Assembly: GCA_030141605.1 (NCBI GenBank)
Contig: JAQGDQ010000026.1
Coordinates: forward strand, 310,001 to 374,000
DNA from: Tubiluchus corallicola
Lineage: Eukaryota; Animalia; Priapulida
Reading direction: 5' to 3'
Length of the DNA: 64,000 bases
Positions 1-12,300 of this stretch are shown one piece after another (position 1 is the stretch's first letter; every line of letters starts with the position of its first letter). The position numbers and the translations under genes were made by a program. The notes under the pieces are model-generated. The model searched no databases. It was not told where the DNA came from and was given only the letters and a program-made list of their open reading frames with translations.

Positions 1-71
1 GTGTCTTGAGGGCAGATTTCTTTTATTTTAGAATTTGCCTGCCCAAAGTCTACAATAGATGTAATGGGAAT

Positions 72-72
<1 letters not shown>

Positions 73-140
<68 letters not shown>

Positions 141-186
141 GATGATGATAATGATGATGACGATGATGATTGATGACGACGACGAC
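73..186. repeat. (GAT)n microsatellite with degenerate GAT/GAC tail
   Basis: About 22 perfect GAT units followed by degenerate units; this explains the poly-S/H ORF 28..330. Confidence 0.95.
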
Positions 187-352
187 TTGTACAATACCTG
201 TCATTAATGCAAAGGATGCTACGGATAAAAACATCCAGTTTGCTGAATCTTCCATTATCCTTGAAACATTTAATGCATACTCATTATGTAGATGTAGACT
301 CATTAATGTAGACTCATGATTGTTAAGCAAAGTAAATACCTGACTATTGCAG

Positions 353-3300
353 GAAATTATTGTCTCCTGCTATAGAAAAAGTAATGCAGAGGAAAGCAAG
401 GGAAAAGGACCAGTTCTTGAGTGAGATCAGTTCCATGTTAATTCTAGGTATAATCCACTTTAATTGATTTTATTACTTGTTCGTCAACTTACTTGACATT
501 TTTGTAGTCTTTGATTTTTTGTAAATAAGCTGATAAGGCAAAGGGGGTAAAAAAGACTGTCTACTTGTAGTTTTGCCAGAGTGTGCAATGTGTACTGTTA
601 AAATTCAGATAGATGATCATATTTTATATGACATCCTGGGTTTGTAGTCACATTTGACAGCCTAATAGCTACAAATAGGGAACAAACTTTGAAAAACAGT
701 ATACTTATTACTGTTGTTTCTTTGTTAATTCCATTAAGTAGCAAATTAGAAAATTATTGCTTTGATTTTATTTGAATACAATGAACTGTAAAATTTGTAA
801 TTGTAAGGCCCTTACCAGAGAATTCATCCGTACCAATTCTGCATGGCAAGATTAAGTTCTTGATTATGATTAAATAAAATTTATATTGGCTGTTGAAATT
901 TTTTTCAGAGATGAAAGAAGAGAGCTATGAATCTCTGCCATTTATCAGTGAAACTTTGGGAGTGGTAAAAAAACTGGGACTTGAACAGGATCATAGTGAT
1001 GGCAGCTTGGAATTATCTTTGTCTTGGGATCCTTTGCTGAACTCATGCTCTAAATCTCTTGGTGCTGTTTCAGAAACTTTGTTTTTATTTTGATTGAAAA
1101 GCAAAAGTTTTGTAACAGCTGTTCTTTTTGCTTTTGTTATTTTTATGATGCAGTCAATACTTGCTAGCTAATTTGGACTGATTAGAAAGCAGTCGGGCGT
1201 ATGGCAGCTGCTTACTTGTCTGTTTTACAAAATCTAGTAAATACCTGGTTGGTAACTTTGTTTAGGCAGTAATAACATTGTACTCTCAAACAATTATTCA
1301 AAGGATAGTTTTGCATGCTGCAATTTTTCCTACACAAGTAATGAGTTGTAAGAAATTAACTGCTTGCATATGTTGGAGTCATGTGTGATAAAGGCAAAAA
1401 TGTTTGCACATTGTTCATCATTTTACAATTTCAGATGCTAATACTTTTATGTTGAAACGCATTTAAGAGCAAATGCGACAAAAATGCAGTAAGCCTATTT
1501 TTGGGATAAACTGTTTTTCTCACTTGATTTGTGTCTGTATTATGGAGAGATTGGCAGCACTGTCTGAATTATCTAATTAAAGTATTTGCATATATACTGT
1601 TTAATGGTTGAAGCAATATGGTTGAATTTATCATTTTTCAGTTGGCTGTGAAAAGTACTCCTGCAGCCCGATTCAAAAATTTATACCTGAAACGTTTTCT
1701 AAGGCTAATGTACAAGGTTAGTCAATTTTTTAATAGTATATTTATGCAACAAGTTTGTCTTGCTGCATTTTAATGAAATCTATAATTTTATTATGCTTTG
1801 TTATTAGAACAAATGCAGTTTTATCATGTTGTTTCTAGTAGGGCAAATTTTTTAGTCATCCTGCTTTTGATATCTAATTGCTTTATAATTTTCTGTCTCT
1901 TTCTATGTGATTCATTGCGCACATGCTTTTATCACATCGTATACACCATTTATTTTTTAATTGTACCATTAATTTTTATCACGTTATTTTCTAGTAGGGC
2001 AAATGTTTTAGCCATCCTGCTTTTGATATCTAATTGCTTTATAATTTTCTGTCTCTTTCTATGTGATTCATTGCGCACATCCTTTTATCAAATCATATAC
2101 ACCATTTTTTTAATTGTACCAAATAGTTCTAGAACTTGTGACTAATGACAGTTAAATGCTTGCATAATTCTTGTGTACAATTTCTACAGTACTCGAAAAC
2201 ATGCAAAATGTGATATAACAACTATTCTGCAAACCTGGCAACATGGATTGTTCACTTTGGTTGATCCACATTATATGGATAAATCTTTCTGTTGCCAACA
2301 TTGATTCCAGTACTTGTGAAACTGTTGCATCTCAAAACATTCAGTAAAGTTTTTCTGTAGTTCGGTGTCATAAACATACATATTGCAATATTCACTGTTG
2401 TATTCACACCAAATAATATAGGCACCGACCACCGACGTATAAGATTATTAGTCAGCCGCACTTCATAGTAAGTATTTAAAATGATATTTACAGCAGAATA
2501 TGCATTTATAGTTGTAAATGTTAGTAAAATAATTAGTGTCATTTTGATCATTTTTTGCTCATATCTGTTTCTTTGTTTTCTTGCAAGTGTCAGTGTTTTA
2601 CAGCATTTGATCTGCATATATGACATCATTGTCACTGTAAAACATATGCACACAGGAAGAAATCTGCCAGTTGTTTGTCTGATTGGCTGAAGAACTTCCA
2701 TATTTGGCTCAAATTTGCTGCAAAAAAGTTTTACCCACAAGAGCATTTCTTCACATAGTAAACATCCAAAGTATATAAATGTTACTTTGCGTACGTTTTG
2801 TGGCGTGCACATTAATTTGTATGTTAGTGGCTTACCGATAGCAGCATACCGTACCACAGATATAAAAGCTGTAGTCCAAGTAGCAGAGTAATAGCACAGA
2901 TCACCAAGTAAACTTAAAGCTTTGAGAAGTACCTCATTGCATTTCGCGGGTCCATATGTAGCAATGGTGAGTTCAATAAAGTAAATCCCTCCTTCTGCAC
3001 CTTCAAACACCGCTAATGTAAGTAAGAGGGTGTTGAAGGCAGAAATAGGTATGAAATGAGATGAGAATACTAAAATGCTGATCACGTTTCCACAGAATGT
3101 GACAAAACTCAATGAACCGTATCCTACACCCCACATGTAGTCTTTCGTTGTCCAATTTCCAGCTTGCACGGTTCCATCACAGTTTCTGTACACTATGCTT
3201 GGCAGTAATATATCTGTTTCGTTAAGTGCTTCAGACATGGCTGATTTGACGCGTATTCATACGAAGGCTTTTCGTTGCAATTGAATTTATTTGCAAAGCT

Positions 3301-6300
3301 GCTAACGCAATCAACAAATTTCTTGATTTCAGTTTGCATGTGCATTGATTAACTTGGACAGAGTTACTTGCCGCTAAAGGCAAAAAGCTATTACTTTTGT
3401 TTGTACCATTAGACAAATATTTGATGTCTTATGTAAACATTTATTTTGTGGTTTTGTCACATATAAGACTATACTTGTGTGTTATCATATAAGTTGATTG
3501 CTGCCAGCTGCATACAATTGATTATCTGTCTTACTGTGTCCTTTTTGTTATTATACTTGAAATATATGAGTTAAACAAACTGTGATACTGCAATATTAAT
3601 TAATTTTGGCAACTAATTACCTAAGCTGATGGTTACAATTAACTTCGTATAAACAGTAGGCGCCGCTTAATAGACTCACTTTGGGACCGAAGTGTTTTGA
3701 CCCAATTACCCGACTGAACCTATTAGCTGATTGGTGTAGTAGATGGTATGTAGTTTAGTTTATTCGCAAAAATAATTGAAATACGTCCAAGGTTGGCCGA
3801 TTCATTTTTTGTGACATGTTGGGTCAGAAAGTTCTCATAATCATAAAAATGTTTAACTGTTGTTGTATGATATACAAATATGTGCTTGAACTGTTAGTGG
3901 TGACCATATTTCCCCGCATGAGGCTTCATCTGTAAGCTCCCGCTTGCTTTCGTGACGTATTACTGTACTGTACCTGCATCCCTGGCATAACAGTAATGGC
4001 AAACTGATTAAACTTTCTGGGAAAGGCAGCCAGAGCTCCTAAAGCAAACCGCTCGACAAGTGATAAAATGTTTAGCTTCTAGGAATTCTTGGGTAACAAG
4101 TTTAATTGCAGTCGAGAGGTAACAAGGTTAATTGCGTATGACAAACATTCCTGCTTACACACAAAACGGTACTTAACATGATTGTTTCTATGTATATTAT
4201 AGGACTAAAGCGAACTAAGATGATATAAAAGTTATAAAAGTTTATTAGTCACATGCAAGTGTATTATTGAATCCTGTGAAACAAGAATATTAAGTCAATT
4301 AGGGGGAGTTATTTGAGTCAATTACTGACAGTTTTTATATACATTTGAATAGAAGCGGCCCATACCAGGCGTTTTTGAGTCAATTAACTGATTGAGTCTA
4401 TTAACCGCGAGTCTATTAAGCGGTGCCTACTGTATTTTCTTAGACTCTCCGTCAATGTTTGTGCTTGGCTTACTTTGAAATTATGCTCTGTAGGCATTAC
4501 ATACAGTTTGTAATTTACAGCTGAACTAACCTTAAACACAATTCATGTTTGAGGTTTTCCTGTTTGTCTATTGCCTCTCCTCCAGTAGTTTTTGCAGGAT
4601 ATGTCCAGTGGCATTCATCTAGCTTAGCTAGGTTGTGATGCTTTTTTGGCTCACGTTTGGTGGTCCTTCAGCTCACCCAGTAATTCTCCTCCAGCTCATC
4701 CAGTGATTTTTCTCGAGCTCGTGTAGTGTTGTTCAGCTCATCCAGTGACTTTCATTCAATTCATCCAGTGATTCTTCTCCAGCTCATCTAGTAGCTGTCC
4801 TCTTCCAGTGACTACCCTCCAGCTCTCAGCCACTTTCCCTCCAGGTTATCCAATGTCCTTCAGTTCATTTAGTGGTTCTTCTCCTCCTCATCATCCATTG
4901 TCTCTCCTCTAGCTCATCCATTCACTCTCTTCTGGCTTGTCTAGTGTTTTTCAACTCGTCTGGTAACTCTCCTCCAGCTCATTAATGAACTCTCCTACAT
5001 CTTGTCCAGTGACTTCTTTCCAGGCCGACCGGTAACCTTTCACCTCGTTCAGTGACTTTTCTGCAACTCATCCAGTGACTCTCCTGAGTCCCTTCAAGTT
5101 CATCCACTGACTGTCCTTCAGCTTGTCTAGTGTCATTCAGCTCATCCAGTGACTCCTCCAGTGCTTATCCACTGACCTTCTTTCAGCTTGTCCAGTGTCA
5201 TTGAGCTGATTCATTGACTCTGATTCAGCTTGTCCGATGACATTTAGCTCATCCGGTGACTTTCCTCCAACTCAACCAATGGTCCTTCCAGCTGGATTAC
5301 TGAACCAGTTATAGAACCACTGAATATGACTGGGAAATTATCACTGGAAGTTATTAACAGGAAAAAGTATGACATATAAAATTGCCCATAGGCAGTTTTA
5401 AGTGGCCACCAATCCCATTACTTACCAGGTTGCCATACCCAAACCAAAAACGCAACACTTAGCAATAATGAAACTGACTTTTACATAAAGCTGTTTTTGT
5501 TTCCGGTGTGAAAAAGCTCGCTTCTTATTGATTACAACTTGGTTATTGATTGATCAGCTCAAATAAGAAATCAATTAGCATACAATTAGTGTCACTTTTG
5601 AAAGAATTAAAAAGTTTTTAATTCATGAAAATCAATGAGTAGTGGTCTTTTATCAAATAAAAATCTTTCTCATTTGTCAGCTGTTGTTATCAGATGTTGC
5701 TCTTACTTTTCTATATAGTTTTGCACAGTGCGAGTTCGTACCTAGACAAAAGTGTCTCTTTGACATGAATCAATTTTTACAGATGTTTCCGAAACATCAG
5801 AGGTGAGTGTAAGCACTGTTACGAATTTGACAGCTTCTGTTCCTACTAAGTTCAGCAAAGAATCCTCTAGCTTGCATTCATTGTCAAAACCTGAAACATC
5901 AGAGTCCAACATTTTGACAAACAGCAAGTCCACGAGTCCTGCAGCTTCTGCCAAATTCAGTAAAGCTTATGTTTCAATAGGACCTTCTGTCAGTATTACT
6001 GAAATGGACCCACTCTCTAAGTTCCTTCTAATGAGACAAGGCAGTGAAGGTGGGAAGAAACACGAAAGCAAGAAAATTAATTCTTCTGAACCAGAAAAGT
6101 CAAATAGCAGTAAGTATTACTTTTGTTATCTCTTTTGCTGCTGCTGACATGAGTTTTTCAATTTATTGCTAGGTTTTACATATTGTGTCATCTTAAAAGT
6201 GTAAGCAGTTAAAGATCATTTTATAAATTTGGTCTGTAATACACAAATATCCTACATTTTTCTGTTTTGCTTTTTGTTTTTTAACACTAATGCCATCTGA

Positions 6301-9300
6301 CTCTTGTGGCACTTATTATTGTTTTCTACCTATTTTTCCAGAGCATCTGTCGATGAGACAGGAAAAATCCTGCAATGATGGAGTGAATAGTTCCACATTA
6401 CATGATTCCAAAAAGAAATTAAAATCAAAAGTCCTAACAGTGGAATTAGATGGTAAATACAACTGTATTGAGTTATTAGTTTCAGCACTGTGTAATGTTA
6501 ATTTGATACATTTGCTTTTTTAAATATTTGGATGTTTATTTTGTCCTGCATGTTTATAGCTGAACTGCAAGAAAACTTGTACTTCCAGACCTAACGTGCC
6601 ATAAATGTACTTTTTCATTTACATGTTGAAAAAAATTATAACGCTGTCATGAGCTGCCACTCATGTAGCTATGTAACTTTGACAGCGTTACTTGGTTTGG
6701 ACCTAACTGAGGTGTGCAGTTATGGAGAAAGAGTAAGAAAAGGAGGAAGAGAAACCTGGTGATTTTCTCATCTTCTGTGTGCACAGTAAAAATTATTGTA
6801 GCTAGTTGTTTGTTTACAAAGAAAAATTTGCTATTAAAAGTTGTTTTCACCTGTGTCATTATCAGCTAGGGATGTTAACAATAACAATACGTATTGATAA
6901 TTGTCGTGTTAATAATTACCGATTATTGTATCGATGCGAGGAATTTGTTTATCGTTATCAATATTATTCTAGAAATATCGTTATCATATTGAATTTGGTG
7001 CGTATGACTGCTTATCACTCAATTTTATAAAATCATTTCATGTTGTTTTTCATTTACGCATTGGAATTACGCAAAGAATTTAAAAAGATAATTATTTATA
7101 AGGTTGTTTAAGTAATCTTCTTGTACTTTCTTCTGGCGATAGCACCTGTTTTCAGTTAGTTTGCTGACACACGAATGCCAAGTGCAATATTTCTAGTGCA
7201 TTCTCCCAGTTGGGCAGTGCGGCTCACATAAATAAACGTACGTTATGTAGTAGTAGATCTGTACTTAATATATTTTTCTGTTGCATCTCATTAATTAATA
7301 TTATTTTATGACTAAGCAAAGAAGAATATTTTTCATCGATTACATGTAGCTGTATATTAATCAGGAAACAGGCTGCAAATGTGTGGCGTTTCAGTACAAC
7401 TGAGACTCCTTGCACAATAACCAATCACACGTTCACTATCTTTGTTATCATTTGAAATAATTTATCTTATCATCTGAAAAACAGGTTATTGATATTGTAT
7501 CATTGGAAACAAGTATTGTATCTTATTGTTATTGTATTGCTAAATTTGTATCGTTTAACATCCCTATTATCAACAAAACAATCAAATGCATATTAGCTTT
7601 TTTATTATTTTAGGTTACATCAGGCAAATATTGCAGACAGTGGAGATGTGCACCCAGCGAGTACTCCATACTCTACAATCTGATGGCATAATTGCAGGAT
7701 CGACTACTCTATCTTCACTTTCTCCTGATATTACTCGATTTATAGTAAAACAGCATGAAGTTGCACTTGCGGAGAAAACAACAACTATCAGTAAGTGTTT
7801 ATGTTGTTAAATCTAACTAGAGAAAACTTTTTTATCACAATTTTTTATCTAATGATGCACAGCAAGAAATGACAGTCATATGGGTGGATTTTTTTGTGCA
7901 TTGTTGATTATTTTACATTCCTTCATGTCTATTGTTTGTAGGTTTCCTTAGAATTCTGTAATGGCAAGCTTTAGTAATGTACAATATAGCAGGTAGTAAC
8001 TTGCTTATGACAAATTGAAATTTTGAAAGCAGTGTTAACCACTGCACTGTTTCTATGCAACTTTAAACCTATCTCTTAACAAATTTTGAGAAGCTACGTG
8101 CATCTTTTAGTCAAGAAATTTAGGCAAGCAAAATACATGATAAAGCACATTTCCACATTTATGAAAAATATTACAGCATTTTAATTGCATTTTATGCATT
8201 TTAACTTCCTTAATGAAAATCTTATTTTAGGTTGCAAAATGAAATGTGTTTTTTAAGTTGCGTCTTCCTTATATAGGATTTATTCATGATGTTTGTAGTT
8301 TTTTTACATCATATAATATCTTGTTTTAGTGTTTTATTTTTAAAGTTTGCATTATCTAGTTTACAAAGAGCTAGATATGTCTATTCTAATACTGTTTTAT
8401 GTTCTCATTATATTATAGGCATAAAGGAAACGTACTACATAGTAGTTTTGCTGCATGGACTGGTTAGTGCAGCTGACCTTTTTCTTCACTGCGGTTTAAA
8501 ACCAGGAATCAGTCAACTGACCGAAGTTGAAAATTATTTACCTTCAAACCTTAGTAGTAAGCTTTATTTTCACTTAGTTCTCACAGTTCATGTGGTGAAG
8601 TGGATATTAAGCTGTACTGTAGCTACACTGATGATATGCTCCATTTTTTGCATAATAATAGTGAATGCACCACCCATGTCAGACTTCCAAGTGCTTCCTT
8701 CTATTAAGTTTACAATGGAATATGAAACTGATGGCAATTTTCTGCAACTTAGGATCATTTAAAAATCCTAGATGGCTGATTGTCATGAGGTAACAGTTTC
8801 AGATCTGCCATAGTATTGTCTTTCAATGCTGTGTACCAAAGGTGAATAAAATTAGAAATATAGGCTTACTTGTACACCACTATATTGTGCATTTTCTCAT
8901 TGCATTACTTGGATATTGGTCAAAATTTTAAGAACTGAATTCCATAAGAGCTGTTGCGGCTACACTATTTTTTATCAGCCAAGTTAAGATGTTTCTTGAT
9001 CATGTTTTTTTTAGCACAAAGTACTTAGCATACAGCTTCTTAAGATGCTTGTAATGACGATAATGCCTTTTACTACAATTTCAGTGTATAGGTCCGCATG
9101 CCTTGAATTTCATACAATAACTATAGAGACTGTCAAATCTCTTTTTCGGTTAGTGTTAACTACCAAGAAGTTGTCGCTGACGACTGTGTTGAAATGTTCT
9201 CCTAAAAAATTGCAGTCTCATGTTATGTACATCATGTACGCTTGCAATCCACTTATGTAGGACAGACAAAAACAACCCTTACACTGGAGTAGCCAAATAC

Positions 9301-12300
9301 TGTACTGTGAATAGCAGCTGGTACACATCATACAAGCTGGAGATGTTCATCTCTTAACCGTTGGCTGTCTCAAAAATTCTACGGTGTAGTTTACAAAACT
9401 TTAAAATTGTTGATGTTCCAAACTTAGACCAGTTGTGAATATGCTCCTAGCCATGGCTCCTAGCAGAGTTTAGACATTTCAGCTGTTTAGGTTTGAATTC
9501 CATATATGTTGTAATTTTTTATGATGATTTTAATTATTGTGACACCTATAGAATATATGACATTTGAACGGAAATTCATCTACATTTTTCCTGAGTAAAT
9601 CTCAGAATAAGTATACAGAATAAACTAGTCTAAGCGGATTAGTAGTTAGTTATTAAATGAGTAAAAATTTGCCAATGGCACCCTGTGCCAAATCACAGTA
9701 CTGTGGTCATTACCCTGCCTGGTTTTGTTTTTCATATTTTTCTCATTATAGTAAAGATGCTTATTTCATTTCGACATCTAGAACTTATTAGGGATTTGAA
9801 GAAACAACTCTATGGCATTTATGGAGAAGAAAAAAAAAGCAATAATTTTCATCCAAAATTGAGTTGTGTGATAGCTACAATGCGACGTTGGTTGCATAAA
9901 AAGAAACTGATGAGTCCGGAAAATGATCCAAAGGTACAAATAGAAAAACTGCTACATTGTTATTCAGTGATTTTAAATTCATTGATTATATGATTTAAGG
10001 GAAAAAGAGTTAAGATGCGGTCTTCCTTATTAGCTCTACATTGCCTGCTTTCTTTGCACTCTACTAGTGGTGAAGGTAGAATGCTTCATGTTTGTTTTGT
10101 TCTTTGAAAAATGATAGTAACTATGATAAAATATCAAAACATACAAAATTCTGCACAGATTTGTGCCACTTAGAGCGGGTCTAGTGCATAATAATTGGTT
10201 TTTCGCATGCAAGACTCGCAATAACAATGATGAGATGAAATTATTAAAAAGGGAAGCCTGAGGCAAAAACCAAGCCAAACTTATGTTGAGTTTCTCTTCC
10301 AAAATCGACAGATTAATTTCTGATTCCATTTTTGGTTTGAAAGTTTGGCTAAGCTCATGTCACAAAAGTTATTATTGTTGTTGTTGTTGTTCTCGTTAGA
10401 ATATCCAGACTGTTTGTCTAAAAAAACCTCTAAATATTAAAAAACACTCCAGTAATTTGAATCGAGATATTGAATCTGTATCTATTATCAGCAAAGACTG
10501 TAATATCTGTACCTCTTTTACTCAAACTAAAAACCAGCTGTATGTAGCAAATTTTTTGAGAAAAAGAAGAGCTTTTAGGTAGCTTTTGAGATTAAAAACT
10601 CTACATATTTTTTCTTGTAGTATGGTACTCAAAGCAAATTATAAGTTTACTGTTTCACATGTTCCAATTTAGATATTATTGATATTGAAGAGGGAGTTAA
10701 CAAGCCTTGGGTCAGAGATAGAGGGTGGAATTGAAACAGCACCTGAGCTTACAGCGACTGTCCTGAATAATCCAAGCGGATTTCTGTCTCATCGAGAAAT
10801 AATCAAAGTGTAAGTACAGAGAAAAAATGCCAAAGAATGTGATATTTTTGTTGTTAGAGGCAAAATACTGTCATCCGCAAATAGCCACTTTTTACCATCT
10901 GATTTATATTCTGATAATGAACATTCTGAATCTGACCTCAGAAGTCATGCATTACAAATTATTGAAGAGACGTCCATTTTTTAAGCGCTTAAGGCGTGGT
11001 TTTTCAACATTCCGGTCGCAACCCCAAATGGGGTTGTAAAACGAATTTTGTGGGGTCGCGAGCGTTAATAAAATTTACTAAAAGAGAAAGTGGCTGCTAA
11101 ATGTTTCTCCCTGTTGCCTTGTCTAAATGAGCATTTAGAAGTCTCCCGATACAAACTCAGTGCAGTGGACAGTGTTTCTTGGGAAATAATTAGTCATATT
11201 CGGTCACTCATTGAAGAGCTTGAATACTACTTTCCTGAGCTGGATGTGCAGTCTTTTACAGTAGTATGTAACCCTTTCAAAGTTCCACTGAACTTTTTTG
11301 ATGAGTAGGATACTGCTCAAGAGGAGCTTGTCCAGCTGCAGCAAGATACAGGAGCAAAGGTTCTTGCACACACACTTTCACTGCCATCATTCTGGATGAA
11401 GATGTTCCCTTCATACCCGACCTTGACAAGGTTTGCCATAGAAGTTTCGATGCCTTATCCTTCGTCCTATATATGTGAACAGTCATTCTCTACTATGGTG
11501 GTTGCCAAAAACAAGTGCAGTAAATGACTACAGTTGGTACATTATATGATTCTGGCCCTGACAGCTACGGCACTTCATATTGAGAACTTGGTCTCTGATA
11601 AGCAAGCTTAACCTTCTCACTGATTACAACCTTGCTTCTAACTAACTGTTATTATTTAAAACATTTTTTTAAATATTTTAGACCAAATGTTTGTCTGTAG
11701 TTATAAAAAAGGCCTTTTAATGTACATATTCGGATCTCTTTAATAAGTATCAAACTTAGTTTAGAATGGCTGGGATCGCACGCTGATGCAATTGGGTCCC
11801 CTTCAGAGAATGGTAAAAAAATACTGATTTAAGGCATTTATACACTTTAGGATCTGTTAAGATCTTATTTAGAAGAATGTTTGATAGGTTTGTTTAGTCA
11901 GAAAATTATAAACATAGTTGCATTTAATCTTAAAGTAGCCTAAATATTGAAACATTTAAACTGTTTTTGTACTTCTAAATATTTTTTAAGTATTTTTTGT
12001 ATTTTTCCAGTAAAACATTGATATATGTGCTATAATGATTGTGGTAAAAACTTTTAGGTTAGATAAACATGTGCTGTTGATAGTGAGTGGAATTCAGATA
12101 GGACAAGACTTTCCTTGGTCCCAATTTTCACTCATCATAGAATATGAACACTTTGATGCATCATCCTGGATGGAATTGTGTACAAGACAGAATATATGGC
12201 ACTGTTCTTTCCGCATGGCAAAATATGAGTCAAGACCAATTCTAGATAAAGGTTTGTTGTAGCGATGTTAATGACATTAATTGATGTAATGATGATGATT

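Noticed and set aside
28-330. 100-aa poly-Ser/His ORF
   Set aside because: Produced by the (GAT)n microsatellite; no other coding signal.
1798-2145. Hydrophobic 115-aa ORF with internal repeat
   Set aside because: T-rich intronic tandem duplication; TTG start and no family motifs.
4575-5300. CRISPR array or intact repeat protein
   Set aside because: Degenerate cores with short related linkers and frequent frame breaks.
5719-5781. Alternative upstream SHOC1 acceptor at 5718
   Set aside because: Introduces an in-frame TGA; the acceptor at 5781 keeps the frame open.
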